Assembly: GCA_965263035.1 (NCBI GenBank)
Contig: OZ253580.1
Span: forward strand, 3,584,001-3,648,000
Direction of reading: 5' to 3'
DNA from: Acidobacteriota bacterium
GTDB lineage: Bacteria > Acidobacteriota > UBA6911 > RPQK01 > JAJDTT01
Length of the DNA stretch: 64,000 nt
In this document: piece after piece, positions 19,596 to 28,215 of the stretch
How the letters are laid out: the number at the start of each line of letters is the position of its first letter
Numbering within the stretch: position 1 is the first letter of the stretch
The notes under the pieces: generated by a model
What the model was told of the DNA's origin: nothing
Seen by the model: the letters and a program-made list of their open reading frames with translations, nothing else
Databases searched by the model: none
Translations under genes and position numbers: made by a program

Positions 19596-20795
19596 ATGAG
19601 TACCACCGGGAAGACGTTGGCTCGCGGTGATCGGGTTGGAGGCTACGGTCTGGAGGAAATCGAGGCGCGTCTGGAGTCCGGCAACGGGATCTCCGGCGTG
19701 AGCAAGACCGATCTTCCAACTCCTGCCCTGCTGCTGGATCTGGATCTCTTCGAGGCCAACATCGAGACCATGGCCCGCCACGCCGGAAGCCGTTCCATCG
19801 GGATGCGGCCCCACTCCAAGACCCACAAATGCCCCGAGGTTGCCCGGCGCCAAATGGCTGCAGGCGCCCTCGGGATTTCCACGGCCACGGTTTCCGAGGC
19901 CGAGACCATGGCTCGAGCCGGCATCTCCGGCCTATTGATCACTTCCGAGATGGCGGACCCCAACAAATTCCAGCGGCTGGTTCGTCTCACCCGGGGCCAT
20001 CCCGACACCATGGCGGTGGTGGACCATCCGTGGCAGGCGGAGCAGATGAACGAAGCGGCCGAGGCCGGGGGCGTGCGGCTCAACATCATGGTGGACATCG
20101 ATCCGGCCAACCGCCGCACCGGGGTCGAGGCGGGAGAGCCGGCGCTCCGTCTGGCCCGGGACGTGGATCGGCTCCCGCACCTGAACCTGAGGGGGGTCCA
20201 CTGCTACTGCGGAAAGTCCTCCCACGTCCATGGTTTCGAAGAACGTCGCAGGCACTCCGTGGAATCCCTGGCGGCTCCTCTGGAGACCTTCTCCAGGATG
20301 AAGCAGGAAGGGCTTCCGGTGGAGATCTTCTCGGGTTGCAGCACCGGGACCTACAATATCGATTCCGAGATTGTGGGCATCACCGAGATGCAGGCAGGTT
20401 CCTACGTCTTCATGGACTTGGATTACATGTTCATCGGGGGCCGAGGGGGGGATGTCTACGACGACTTCAAGTCTGCCCTGACGGTTCTCTCCACGGTCAC
20501 CAGCAGGAACCTCTCCAGCCAGGCTACGCTGGATGCCGGGCTCAAGGCATTTTCCACTGACCGGGCATTCGGGCCGCGGCCGGTGGGAATCGAGGGCGCG
20601 GGCTTTCGATGGGGCGGGGACGAACACGGCATCCTGACCCTGGAAGCGACCGGTGCCGATGTTCGTCTGGGCGACAAGCTGGAATTCTATCCCCCCCACT
20701 GCGACCCTACGGTCAACCTCTACGATCGCATCTACTGCACCCGGGGTGATCAGGTGGTGGAAGTCTGGCCGATCCTTGCCCGCGGCCATCGCTAG
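19596..20795 (+). CDS. DSD1 / D-threonine aldolase family PLP-dependent enzyme (alanine racemase fold)
   Basis: LPTPALLLDLD, RPHSKTHK (PLP Lys), RTGV, STGTY, QAGSYVFMD, DAGLKA, DEHG, PHCDPTVNLYD. Confidence 0.9.
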   Translation: MSTTGKTLARGDRVGGYGLEEIEARLESGNGISGVSKTDLPTPALLLDLDLFEANIETMARHAGSRSIGMRPHSKTHKCPEVARRQMAAGALGISTATVSEAETMARAGISGLLITSEMADPNKFQRLVRLTRGHPDTMAVVDHPWQAEQMNEAAEAGGVRLNIMVDIDPANRRTGVEAGEPALRLARDVDRLPHLNLRGVHCYCGKSSHVHGFEERRRHSVESLAAPLETFSRMKQEGLPVEIFSGCSTGTYNIDSEIVGITEMQAGSYVFMDLDYMFIGGRGGDVYDDFKSALTVLSTVTSRNLSSQATLDAGLKAFSTDRAFGPRPVGIEGAGFRWGGDEHGILTLEATGADVRLGDKLEFYPPHCDPTVNLYDRIYCTRGDQVVEVWPILARGHR

Positions 20796-20851
20796 CAGTC
20801 CGCCGGGATGCAGACCCGGTCGAATGCCGTGACGACTTTTGCGACGGGCTG
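20796..20851 (-). mobile_element. Internally deleted MITE family B copy
   Basis: Reverse complement matches the first ~45 bp of 45409-45569; exact CTAG on both sides, the left one containing the TAG stop of the upstream gene. Confidence 0.8.
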
Positions 20852-20926
20852 CTAGGAGTCTGCAACCAAGGCCCCGCGCAGCCGCGAGCGCGGGATGCAT
20901 CCCGGGTAGCGCGGAGGGAGGCAAAA

Positions 20927-22552
20927 ATGCAGCTGTCCGAACTGATCGTCCGGGAAGCCAGGGAACGGGGCCTGAACCACTACTTCGGCATTCCCGGTGG
21001 CGGGTTACCCCTGGATATCATGGACTGGGGGCGGCGCCTGGGCCTCGATTTCGTCACCGTGGCCCATGAGTCCTCGGCGGCCATCATGGCCGCCTACTAC
21101 GGGCTCATGAGAGAGACGGCGGGACTGGCCCTTGCGGTCAGGGGCGTCGGCGCCGGCAATTTGGTCGGCGGCGCCGTCAACGCCTATTTCGAGCGCGTCC
21201 CCGTCGTCTGTTGCTGTGAGCGGAGTCCGTTGTCCACCGGCCATCTGGAGTTGGTCTGCCAGTGCTCCCATGAGGGGCTGTTCGCCCCGGTGGTCATGTC
21301 CAAGCAGACAGTTGACCTCGACACGGCTCGGGAGGGTCTTCGAACTGCCTTCTTCCAGGCGTGCGACGGGCGGCCGGGTCCGGTTCTGCTGGACGTGCCG
21401 GCCGATCTCGCAACCGATTCGGTCCCGGGTCCGGCTCTCGATCCTCTGGAGGCTCCTCCTGTCATCCTTCCCGACGAGTCCCAACTCAGGGTCCTGAAGG
21501 AGCTTCTGTCAGAATCCAGAAGACCGGTGATCCTGGCCGGACAGGACGTGATCCGAGCCGGCGCCTGTGGCGGCTTGCGTTCGTTGGTGGAGGCTGTGGG
21601 GGCCGCCGTTCTGGTCCAGATGGACGCCCATGGCGTCTTTCCCGAGTCCCATCCCCTCTGGGCCGGCACCTTCGTGGGACACCAGATCCCCAACACGGTG
21701 GAAGGCGAGTTGGCTCCCCAGGCGGACCTGGCGCTCCTGGTCGGCTGCGACTCCCTGACCTCGGACAAGAAATGGGACTCGGCGGCGCCCGCCTGCGAAC
21801 TGGTCCAAAGGGCGGAGTACGAATCGCTGGCCGCTCGCCCCCGACTCCGTATCGACGGAGACCTGAACGTCTCCCTGAGCCGACTTCTTCCGACATCCCC
21901 CCGAACGGGATTCCCGCCGGCCGATGTCGAGAAGACACGGGAGAGGGTACTGAGGCACTTCCGCCGACCCGGCTCCGCCCGGCTGGCGGCCCAGGACATC
22001 ATCGAGATCACACGGACCCAGATGCCGAGTGACGGCCTGCTCGTTTCCGAGACCGGGATCTTCATCCTGATGCTGCACCATCTCTATCCCGTGGATCGTC
22101 CGGAAAGCCACCTCTGCACTGCCGGGGGACGGACCATGGGCCTCATGCTGCCGGCCATTCTCGGCGCCAAGCTGGCCCAGCCCGACCGGACAATGATCGG
22201 CATCGGAGCCGACGGCAGCACCCTGATGCGCCTGGGAGAACTGGAGGTATTCGCCCGCACCGGAGTCCGCGTCCCTCTCGTGATTCTGAATGACCACGCC
22301 CTGGGCACCATGAAGTCGAGGCAACAGTCCCGGGGAATAGAGGACTATGGCCTGGATCTGCACCCCGTCGATCTGGCAGCCGTGGCCCGGGCTTCGGGAC
22401 TGGCCGGCGTCGTGGTCCGGTCGCCTGAGGAATACGAGAGAGAGCTCAAGAAGGCGCTGGTTGCCGAAACCACCACTCTGATCGACGCCCGGGTCGACCC
22501 GCAGCACTACCAAGACAGCTTCGCCGCCACTATCGGAATCGTGGGGACCTGA
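20927..22552 (+). CDS. Thiamine pyrophosphate-dependent enzyme (acetolactate synthase large subunit-like)
   Basis: FGIPGGG, HESSAA (catalytic Glu), RPGPVLLDVP, TPP motif GADGS...ILNDHALG. Confidence 0.88.
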   Translation: MQLSELIVREARERGLNHYFGIPGGGLPLDIMDWGRRLGLDFVTVAHESSAAIMAAYYGLMRETAGLALAVRGVGAGNLVGGAVNAYFERVPVVCCCERSPLSTGHLELVCQCSHEGLFAPVVMSKQTVDLDTAREGLRTAFFQACDGRPGPVLLDVPADLATDSVPGPALDPLEAPPVILPDESQLRVLKELLSESRRPVILAGQDVIRAGACGGLRSLVEAVGAAVLVQMDAHGVFPESHPLWAGTFVGHQIPNTVEGELAPQADLALLVGCDSLTSDKKWDSAAPACELVQRAEYESLAARPRLRIDGDLNVSLSRLLPTSPRTGFPPADVEKTRERVLRHFRRPGSARLAAQDIIEITRTQMPSDGLLVSETGIFILMLHHLYPVDRPESHLCTAGGRTMGLMLPAILGAKLAQPDRTMIGIGADGSTLMRLGELEVFARTGVRVPLVILNDHALGTMKSRQQSRGIEDYGLDLHPVDLAAVARASGLAGVVVRSPEEYERELKKALVAETTTLIDARVDPQHYQDSFAATIGIVGT

Positions 22553-22583
22553 ATCCGGGTGTGCATTCCCAGGTCTGACCGCC

Positions 22584-23849
22584 CTACGGAAAGGGCAGCC
22601 AGCGGGGATGGTCGGCTCCTTGCCCGTTCCAGCCGTCAGTGAGGTGTCTCGGGTCGGATCCGTCCGACTCCATGCGCCAGATGCCGGGCATCCGAGCCGT
22701 CTTGGCACGGCAGAAAAGGATGATGCGCCCATCGGGGGATTCTTGTGGACGGAAGTCCCAGACGGCTGGATGGTTCTCGGTCAGCCGCCTCATCTCGCCG
22801 TTCGCGGGGTCGATCCGGCAGACCTCCGTGCCCCCCCGTGCCAGTTCAGGCTTGTAGTCGCGGTTGAAATGGTCCGTGTCCGGACGCTGCGGCTGATATT
22901 CCCACGGGGCCTTGCTGCCAGGGAGCTTTCGCGAAAAGAGGATGGACCCGTCTCGAGTCCAGGAAAGCATGTTGGAACCGCCGCCGCGATTGCCCGGACT
23001 GCCATAACTGGCGGCAAACCAGTGGGACTGTCCTTCGGTCAGGACCCGTTGCCCGGATCCATCGGGGCGGCTGACGCAGACATCGGCCCAGTCGTGCCCC
23101 GGATCTTCCCGGAAATGACAGTCCAGGTAGGCGAGCCAATCCCCGCCGGGAGACCAAACGGGTCCGAAGTAGAGATGGTCGGGATGGGCTGCAATGAGCG
23201 TACGACGACCTCCTTCGAAGTCGCTGGTCCAGATCTGATAGCCCGAAGGGCTGGCCAGATGGAAGGCGACTCGTCGCATTGCCCGGTTGAGGCTGAAGCC
23301 GTAGGGGAGGCCCTCTCCCGCAGCCGTGAACTCGTGGGCATCGGTGCCATCCAGGTTCATGTTGAAGACCTGGCCGACCTGGTTGCGGATGACTTGGACC
23401 AACATGCGTTCGTTGTCCAGCAGTAGTTGGGGAGTGTAGAAGACCGCCATCCGCTCCTTGGTGGCCACCTCGGTCAGGCTCTTCTCCTGGAGGTCATAGA
23501 TCCAGATATGGGTGGGGGTCCGGGTGTAGTACTCGGCGAACGGGCGACCCGGACCGTCACGGCGTGCTTCCATGCTCAGCAGCAGGATCCTCCGGCCGTC
23601 GGGAAAGAACCCTGCCGGCTGCCAGGTCACTTGATTCGGCTCCCTGAAATCCAGTACTTGCAGATCGGCGCCGGCAGCGTCCATCATGGCCGTCCTGCCC
23701 GCCGTCGAGAAGAAGAAACGCATCGGGGAGGCGGAGGGACCGGACTTCGATGCCGGGCCGTGACGGGGAGCCAAGGCCAGCGTGGAACCAAAGAGAAGAG
23801 AAGTCAGGAGATCGCGGCGGGACAGGTTGAAGTCCATGGTCCACTTCAT
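22584..23849 (-). CDS. Tat-exported TolB-like (PD40 repeat) beta-propeller protein
   Basis: SRRDLL Tat motif; FFPDGRRI, WSPGGDWL, ESPDGRII repeats. Confidence 0.8.
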   Translation of the reverse strand: MKWTMDFNLSRRDLLTSLLFGSTLALAPRHGPASKSGPSASPMRFFFSTAGRTAMMDAAGADLQVLDFREPNQVTWQPAGFFPDGRRILLLSMEARRDGPGRPFAEYYTRTPTHIWIYDLQEKSLTEVATKERMAVFYTPQLLLDNERMLVQVIRNQVGQVFNMNLDGTDAHEFTAAGEGLPYGFSLNRAMRRVAFHLASPSGYQIWTSDFEGGRRTLIAAHPDHLYFGPVWSPGGDWLAYLDCHFREDPGHDWADVCVSRPDGSGQRVLTEGQSHWFAASYGSPGNRGGGSNMLSWTRDGSILFSRKLPGSKAPWEYQPQRPDTDHFNRDYKPELARGGTEVCRIDPANGEMRRLTENHPAVWDFRPQESPDGRIILFCRAKTARMPGIWRMESDGSDPRHLTDGWNGQGADHPRWLPFP

Positions 23850-23978
23850 TTCCTTGATCTGGTGTTAAAGCGTCCTCATGCTGACGCCTCCACTCGAATC
23901 TGTAAATGGCGCTCCCAATGGTTTCCGCGTGCGAATGGGGAACGGCCGATCGGAAAGAGTCCTTCCTGGGGAACTGCG

Positions 23979-25052
23979 GTGAAGCAAAGAATAAATCCTT
24001 CGGCATCGGTCGTAATCCTATTGCTGGCCTCCGCTCTGATCGTGGGTTGCGCTTCATCTCCGCGTGACCAAGAGACAAGATTTCAATCGTCCGCGGATCT
24101 GGATTTTCACCGTCTCCAGGTGATGCCGCTGGCGCACTCGAAGTATCCGACATACCGGCGGTACCATGACGCTCTGGCCCCTCACGTCGTCGTCATCACC
24201 GCACAGGGCCTCGAGCGGATTGGCTGGGAGGATCGCCCCGAAAAGGCCTCTTGGATCCTCAGGCTACCGGAGCAGATCTATATCAACGGGAGGAAGCTCC
24301 ACTACCAGGTGGGGATGCGATGGGTGAAAGAAGGGGAGAAGTGGGCCTATTCCGACAGTCCCATAAGGGATCTGAACGGCCTCTGGAAGCAGGATCCGGA
24401 ACATGAGTTCTATCGGTACCAACTTGACGCGGCCGCGGCCCGGCAACCCGTGCTTGGCCGCCAGAGTGCCAGCATATTCGCGGACTCCACCGGCGCACAC
24501 TATGTGTTGTCGGTGACCAACGGCTCGACCGAACCCTGGAAGGACGTCCATGCCTGGATCTGCATGGACCACTACCACACTCCGGTCACCGGATATCGGC
24601 CCTACCTCAAGATCGGTTCTGCTTGGACCGAATACCAGAAGCTTCCGGAAGTCGGGCCCTCCACGTTCCTTCCCGTAGCGGGAAGGATGGATGAGTACCT
24701 CAGAGTTCGGCCCGGGTCGAAGACGCCTTCCTCCGTGAGCTTTCCGGGAGTGGTCTGCTGGAACATTACGGACAAGGGTCACCTCCTGACCGCGCATCTG
24801 TCGCGGGACGCCCTGGCCGTACTCGCGAATCAGAATGCCCCCTGCACCGATCTGCTCCTCTGGTTCGGCGACCTGCAACCGGGCCAGCGAGTCACCCGCA
24901 GCGGGCATGTCCTCGTCGCTCGTGCCAGCCTGGAAAGATTCGAACGGCAGGAGAGCAGCGTGATGCAGCTCTTGGACGGGATTGGAAAGGAAAACCCGCC
25001 TGGGCCACCGGCATCCTCATTGTCCTCGGCCGGGTCTTCACCGGGATCGTGA
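23979..25052 (+). CDS. Hypothetical lipoprotein
   Basis: Lipobox-like LIVGC after a hydrophobic stretch from GTG 23979; stop overlaps the next start (GTGA). Confidence 0.65.
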   Translation: MKQRINPSASVVILLLASALIVGCASSPRDQETRFQSSADLDFHRLQVMPLAHSKYPTYRRYHDALAPHVVVITAQGLERIGWEDRPEKASWILRLPEQIYINGRKLHYQVGMRWVKEGEKWAYSDSPIRDLNGLWKQDPEHEFYRYQLDAAAARQPVLGRQSASIFADSTGAHYVLSVTNGSTEPWKDVHAWICMDHYHTPVTGYRPYLKIGSAWTEYQKLPEVGPSTFLPVAGRMDEYLRVRPGSKTPSSVSFPGVVCWNITDKGHLLTAHLSRDALAVLANQNAPCTDLLLWFGDLQPGQRVTRSGHVLVARASLERFERQESSVMQLLDGIGKENPPGPPASSLSSAGSSPGS

Positions 25053-26209
25053 CCGTATCGCAGATTGATCGTCGGGGTTTCTTCAGGAGCATGGGGGCGG
25101 CAGCCGCCAAAGGGGTCCTTGCTTCAGGAAGCCTGGGGTTGACCTCTTCGCGTTGCCTGAGGCGCAGCGACCCCTCGAACCCTTCGGAATTCGGCCCCCA
25201 TACTGGAGACGGGAAAATGATGATGGGAATCGCCACCGCCGGGACGAGACGTTTCAGAGAGGCCAGAGACAGAGGCTGCGCGTTTCTTCTGAATCAGTTG
25301 CGGAAAGACGGCGGCTTCGGTCGCGCCGAGCAGGGTTTGGCGGAGTACTACAAGGTGCCTGCGGCACTGGCGGCGTGTGGTGAAACCTTCACGGCCAACC
25401 GTCTCTGCAGCTGGATCCGGAAGCATGGACTGCTGCCCGACGGAGACTACGGCCCCAGGCCCGAGTCGATTCGAGGGTACGGCTACACCTACTACAATTC
25501 GTGGGTGATCAAGGGGGCTCACCGTTTGGGGCATTTCGACCTCTCCCAACGCGGTATGGACTTCCTGATGGGCTTCCACGACAGTCGGACCGGGGGGTTC
25601 AACTCCAGCCCCGTCGAACGCGATCCGGGGATGCAACAGGATCTCTGGGTGGTCGCCGGCTGCGGGTGGTCCGCCCTCTACACCGGCAGGATCGAAATCG
25701 CCCGGGGGGTCGGCCGTTGGATGAAGACCCTCATGGAGGCGCAACCCAACTACCCCAGGCAGCTGTACGGGGTCTACAGCAGGGCGAAGGGATTGCACGT
25801 CGAACACGATCCCAAGGAGGCGTTCCGGTACGTCCTGAATCAGGACGCCGAGCGGGACGAGCCCTTCTACAACCCTGGAATTGCCGGAGGATTTCTGGCT
25901 CTGCTCTATCAAGCGACCGGCGAGAAGGAGTGGTTGGAGCTGGCGAAGGAGTACGTGCGCCTCGCCGAAGACGCCAGCGACTTTCTGTACAGTCTGGTCC
26001 GATCCGGAAAGTTGGGATGGGCCGCCTCCCTTCTGTACACGCTCACTGCCGAAAAGAAGTACCGGGAAATGGCCGTTCGTGTCGGCGACAGCCTGATTGC
26101 GTCTCAATCGGCTGAGGGTTGGTGGGGCAACGTCGGTGAGACCTCGGCCAACAACGACATCACCGCCGAAATGGTCTTCTGGCTGGACCAGATCTACCAG
26201 GCCGTCTGA
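25049..26209 (+). CDS. Tat-exported alpha/alpha toroid protein with prenyltransferase/QW-like repeats
   Basis: DRRGFFR Tat motif; FLLNQLRKDGGFG, LYQATGEKEWL, LIASQSAEGWWG helical repeats. Confidence 0.7.
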   Translation: MTVSQIDRRGFFRSMGAAAAKGVLASGSLGLTSSRCLRRSDPSNPSEFGPHTGDGKMMMGIATAGTRRFREARDRGCAFLLNQLRKDGGFGRAEQGLAEYYKVPAALAACGETFTANRLCSWIRKHGLLPDGDYGPRPESIRGYGYTYYNSWVIKGAHRLGHFDLSQRGMDFLMGFHDSRTGGFNSSPVERDPGMQQDLWVVAGCGWSALYTGRIEIARGVGRWMKTLMEAQPNYPRQLYGVYSRAKGLHVEHDPKEAFRYVLNQDAERDEPFYNPGIAGGFLALLYQATGEKEWLELAKEYVRLAEDASDFLYSLVRSGKLGWAASLLYTLTAEKKYREMAVRVGDSLIASQSAEGWWGNVGETSANNDITAEMVFWLDQIYQAV

Positions 26210-26265
26210 GGAAAGAGGATAGAGAGAAGCTCTCCCGCCGCGTGGAGGTTCTCTTTCCTCTTTTC
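26208..26265 (+). terminator. Possible intrinsic terminator
   Basis: GAGGAAAGAG (26208-17) / CTCTTTCCTC (26251-60) inverted repeat followed by TTTTCT directly after a stop codon; the loop is long. Confidence 0.45.
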
Positions 26266-26300
26266 TGACCGGCGGTGGAGTTCACCACTCGTCATTCCTG

Positions 26301-26346
26301 TCCGGCGGGCATTCGATATTATCTCCGGCGAGCATTCGATATTATC
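26301..26346 (+). repeat. 23-bp tandem duplication in promoter region
   Basis: TCCGGCG[G/A]GCATTCGATATTATC twice, one mismatch. Confidence 0.9.
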
Positions 26347-26354
26347 TGTAGCCT

Positions 26355-28193
26355 GTGTTTCTGCAAAGACATCGATTCTTGCCGGTGTTCCTCGCCTGGC
26401 TCCTGACGGAGCTGGGTGGTGCGGCCCCAAGCCCGGCCACCATTCTCATCGATACGCCCATGCCCCCGCCCGCGTGGGCCCTGCAGCAGCGAGAATTGAT
26501 TCGAGCCAACACCAGAGCGTGCCGGGAGTTCTTCCAAAAGTACTTTGATGACCGGGGTTACCTGCTCTGCGTCGAGCGCTGGGGTGCCGCGGATGGTCCT
26601 GACGACGCCATCGAAAACGTGGCCGACTGGCCGATCCTTCATGCCCTTGGGGCCCCCGACGAGGTGCTCCGCATGTACAAGAAGGCTTGGGAGGGACATC
26701 TCCGGCAATACACGGAAGCCAGGACGGTGCAGGTCCCCATGGCGCGCGAGGGGATGTACTACAAGGAATTCCCGGTGATGTTCGACTGGTATCACATCGG
26801 CGAGTTCCTTCGCGTCTTCAACCTGCAGGGACTTTCCGACCCCGGTGACGAGGCCTTCGGCAGGCGCGTGAGACGTTATGCCGGCTTCTACATGAACGAG
26901 GATCACGAGGCTCCCAACTACGACCCGAGACACAGGATCATTCTGAGCTACTTCAACGGCAGCCGCGGGCCGCTCCTGCGCAACACGACGGCAGTGGACT
27001 GGGCGGGGGATCCCTTCGAACCTTTCGAGGGTGTTCCCTCTACCTACTACCAGAGGTTACTCGCCGGCTACGCGAACTACAGCGAGACTCTGGGGGACCA
27101 TCCCATGAACCTGGGCGCCACGACGCTCGCCGCCAACGCCTACCTGCTGACGGGCGAGGAAAAATACAAGAAGTGGCTGCTGGAGTACGTCGACGCCTGG
27201 GTGGCCCGGACCAGGGAAAATCAAGGGATCATCCCCAGTAACGTCGGCACGGATGGCCGTATCGGCGGAGCAGCCGGCGGCCGGTGGTACGGGGGGACCT
27301 ACGGCTGGGCCTTCACCTTCAAGAACCCGGAGACCGGCGCGGAGAGCCACTACAATCGCGTCGGACGCGGCCTGATCGGATTCGGGAACGCCTACCTGCT
27401 CACCGGGGACCGCCGCTATATCGGCGTCTGGACCTCAATGATGGACAAGATCAACTCCCACCGGGGCGGCATGTACGGAGCGCCCGGGGCTCAACTGGGG
27501 GCCACGGCGGGAGCTTTCCCCAGGATGCATGGGGACCAGGGATGGTACGCCTTCGCTCCGGGTCGATGGTCGGAGGGAGCGCTGGAATGCTATTTCTGGA
27601 CCTGTGAGGCCAGGGATCGGAAGCGGGTTCCCGGAAGCGAATGGATCCGATTCCTGGAGGGAGACGCTCCCGAATACGTGGAAACCGCATTGCGGGACGA
27701 CTTCCGGAATATCCGAACGAAAATCTCTGCCATGCGGGAGGACCGTTCCACCCCGAGCACGCGACTGTCCAATGGTCCGATGCCGTACAACCCCGTGTCC
27801 ATCTCCTCCCTGCGCGAGCAGATGCTGGCCGGCGTCGATCCCGGCCGGGGCGGTGCTCTCCTGCACTGCCGCTTGAGGTATTTCGACCCTGAACGCCGCC
27901 GGGCGGGCATCCCCGAGGACGTGGCGGCCCTGATCGACGAGATGACCGATACCCGGGTATCGGTGACGCTGGTCAACGTCAATCAGGTCGAGGCCCGGGA
28001 GCTGCTGGTTCAGACCGGCGCCTACGGGGAACACCAATGCCGGAGCGTGGAACTGGACGGCCGGGAGGTCGAAGTCTCCCGATCCTGGTTCCGGGTCCGA
28101 TTGGAACCGGGGTCGGGATCCCGGGTCGTCGTCAACAATACCCGATATGCCAACGATCCCACCCTCCTCTTCCCTTGGGATCGAGAGCGTTGA
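26355..28193 (+). CDS. Exported uncharacterised protein, paralog of 6648-8594
   Basis: Signal peptide; GPDDAIEN, YKEFPVMFDWYHIGE, EDHEAPNYD, NGSRGP, GDHPMNL, RYFDPERRRAGIPEDVAAL, C-terminal FPWD. Confidence 0.8.
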   Translation: MFLQRHRFLPVFLAWLLTELGGAAPSPATILIDTPMPPPAWALQQRELIRANTRACREFFQKYFDDRGYLLCVERWGAADGPDDAIENVADWPILHALGAPDEVLRMYKKAWEGHLRQYTEARTVQVPMAREGMYYKEFPVMFDWYHIGEFLRVFNLQGLSDPGDEAFGRRVRRYAGFYMNEDHEAPNYDPRHRIILSYFNGSRGPLLRNTTAVDWAGDPFEPFEGVPSTYYQRLLAGYANYSETLGDHPMNLGATTLAANAYLLTGEEKYKKWLLEYVDAWVARTRENQGIIPSNVGTDGRIGGAAGGRWYGGTYGWAFTFKNPETGAESHYNRVGRGLIGFGNAYLLTGDRRYIGVWTSMMDKINSHRGGMYGAPGAQLGATAGAFPRMHGDQGWYAFAPGRWSEGALECYFWTCEARDRKRVPGSEWIRFLEGDAPEYVETALRDDFRNIRTKISAMREDRSTPSTRLSNGPMPYNPVSISSLREQMLAGVDPGRGGALLHCRLRYFDPERRRAGIPEDVAALIDEMTDTRVSVTLVNVNQVEARELLVQTGAYGEHQCRSVELDGREVEVSRSWFRVRLEPGSGSRVVVNNTRYANDPTLLFPWDRER

Positions 28194-28215
28194 CCCACCG
28201 GAAAGAGAGTCCGGA

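Noticed and set aside
25049-26209. Possible stand-in squalene-hopene cyclase (QW-like repeats)
   Set aside because: Too short, Tat-type leader, no DXDD motif in a cyclase context, and over 30 kb from hpnCDE.
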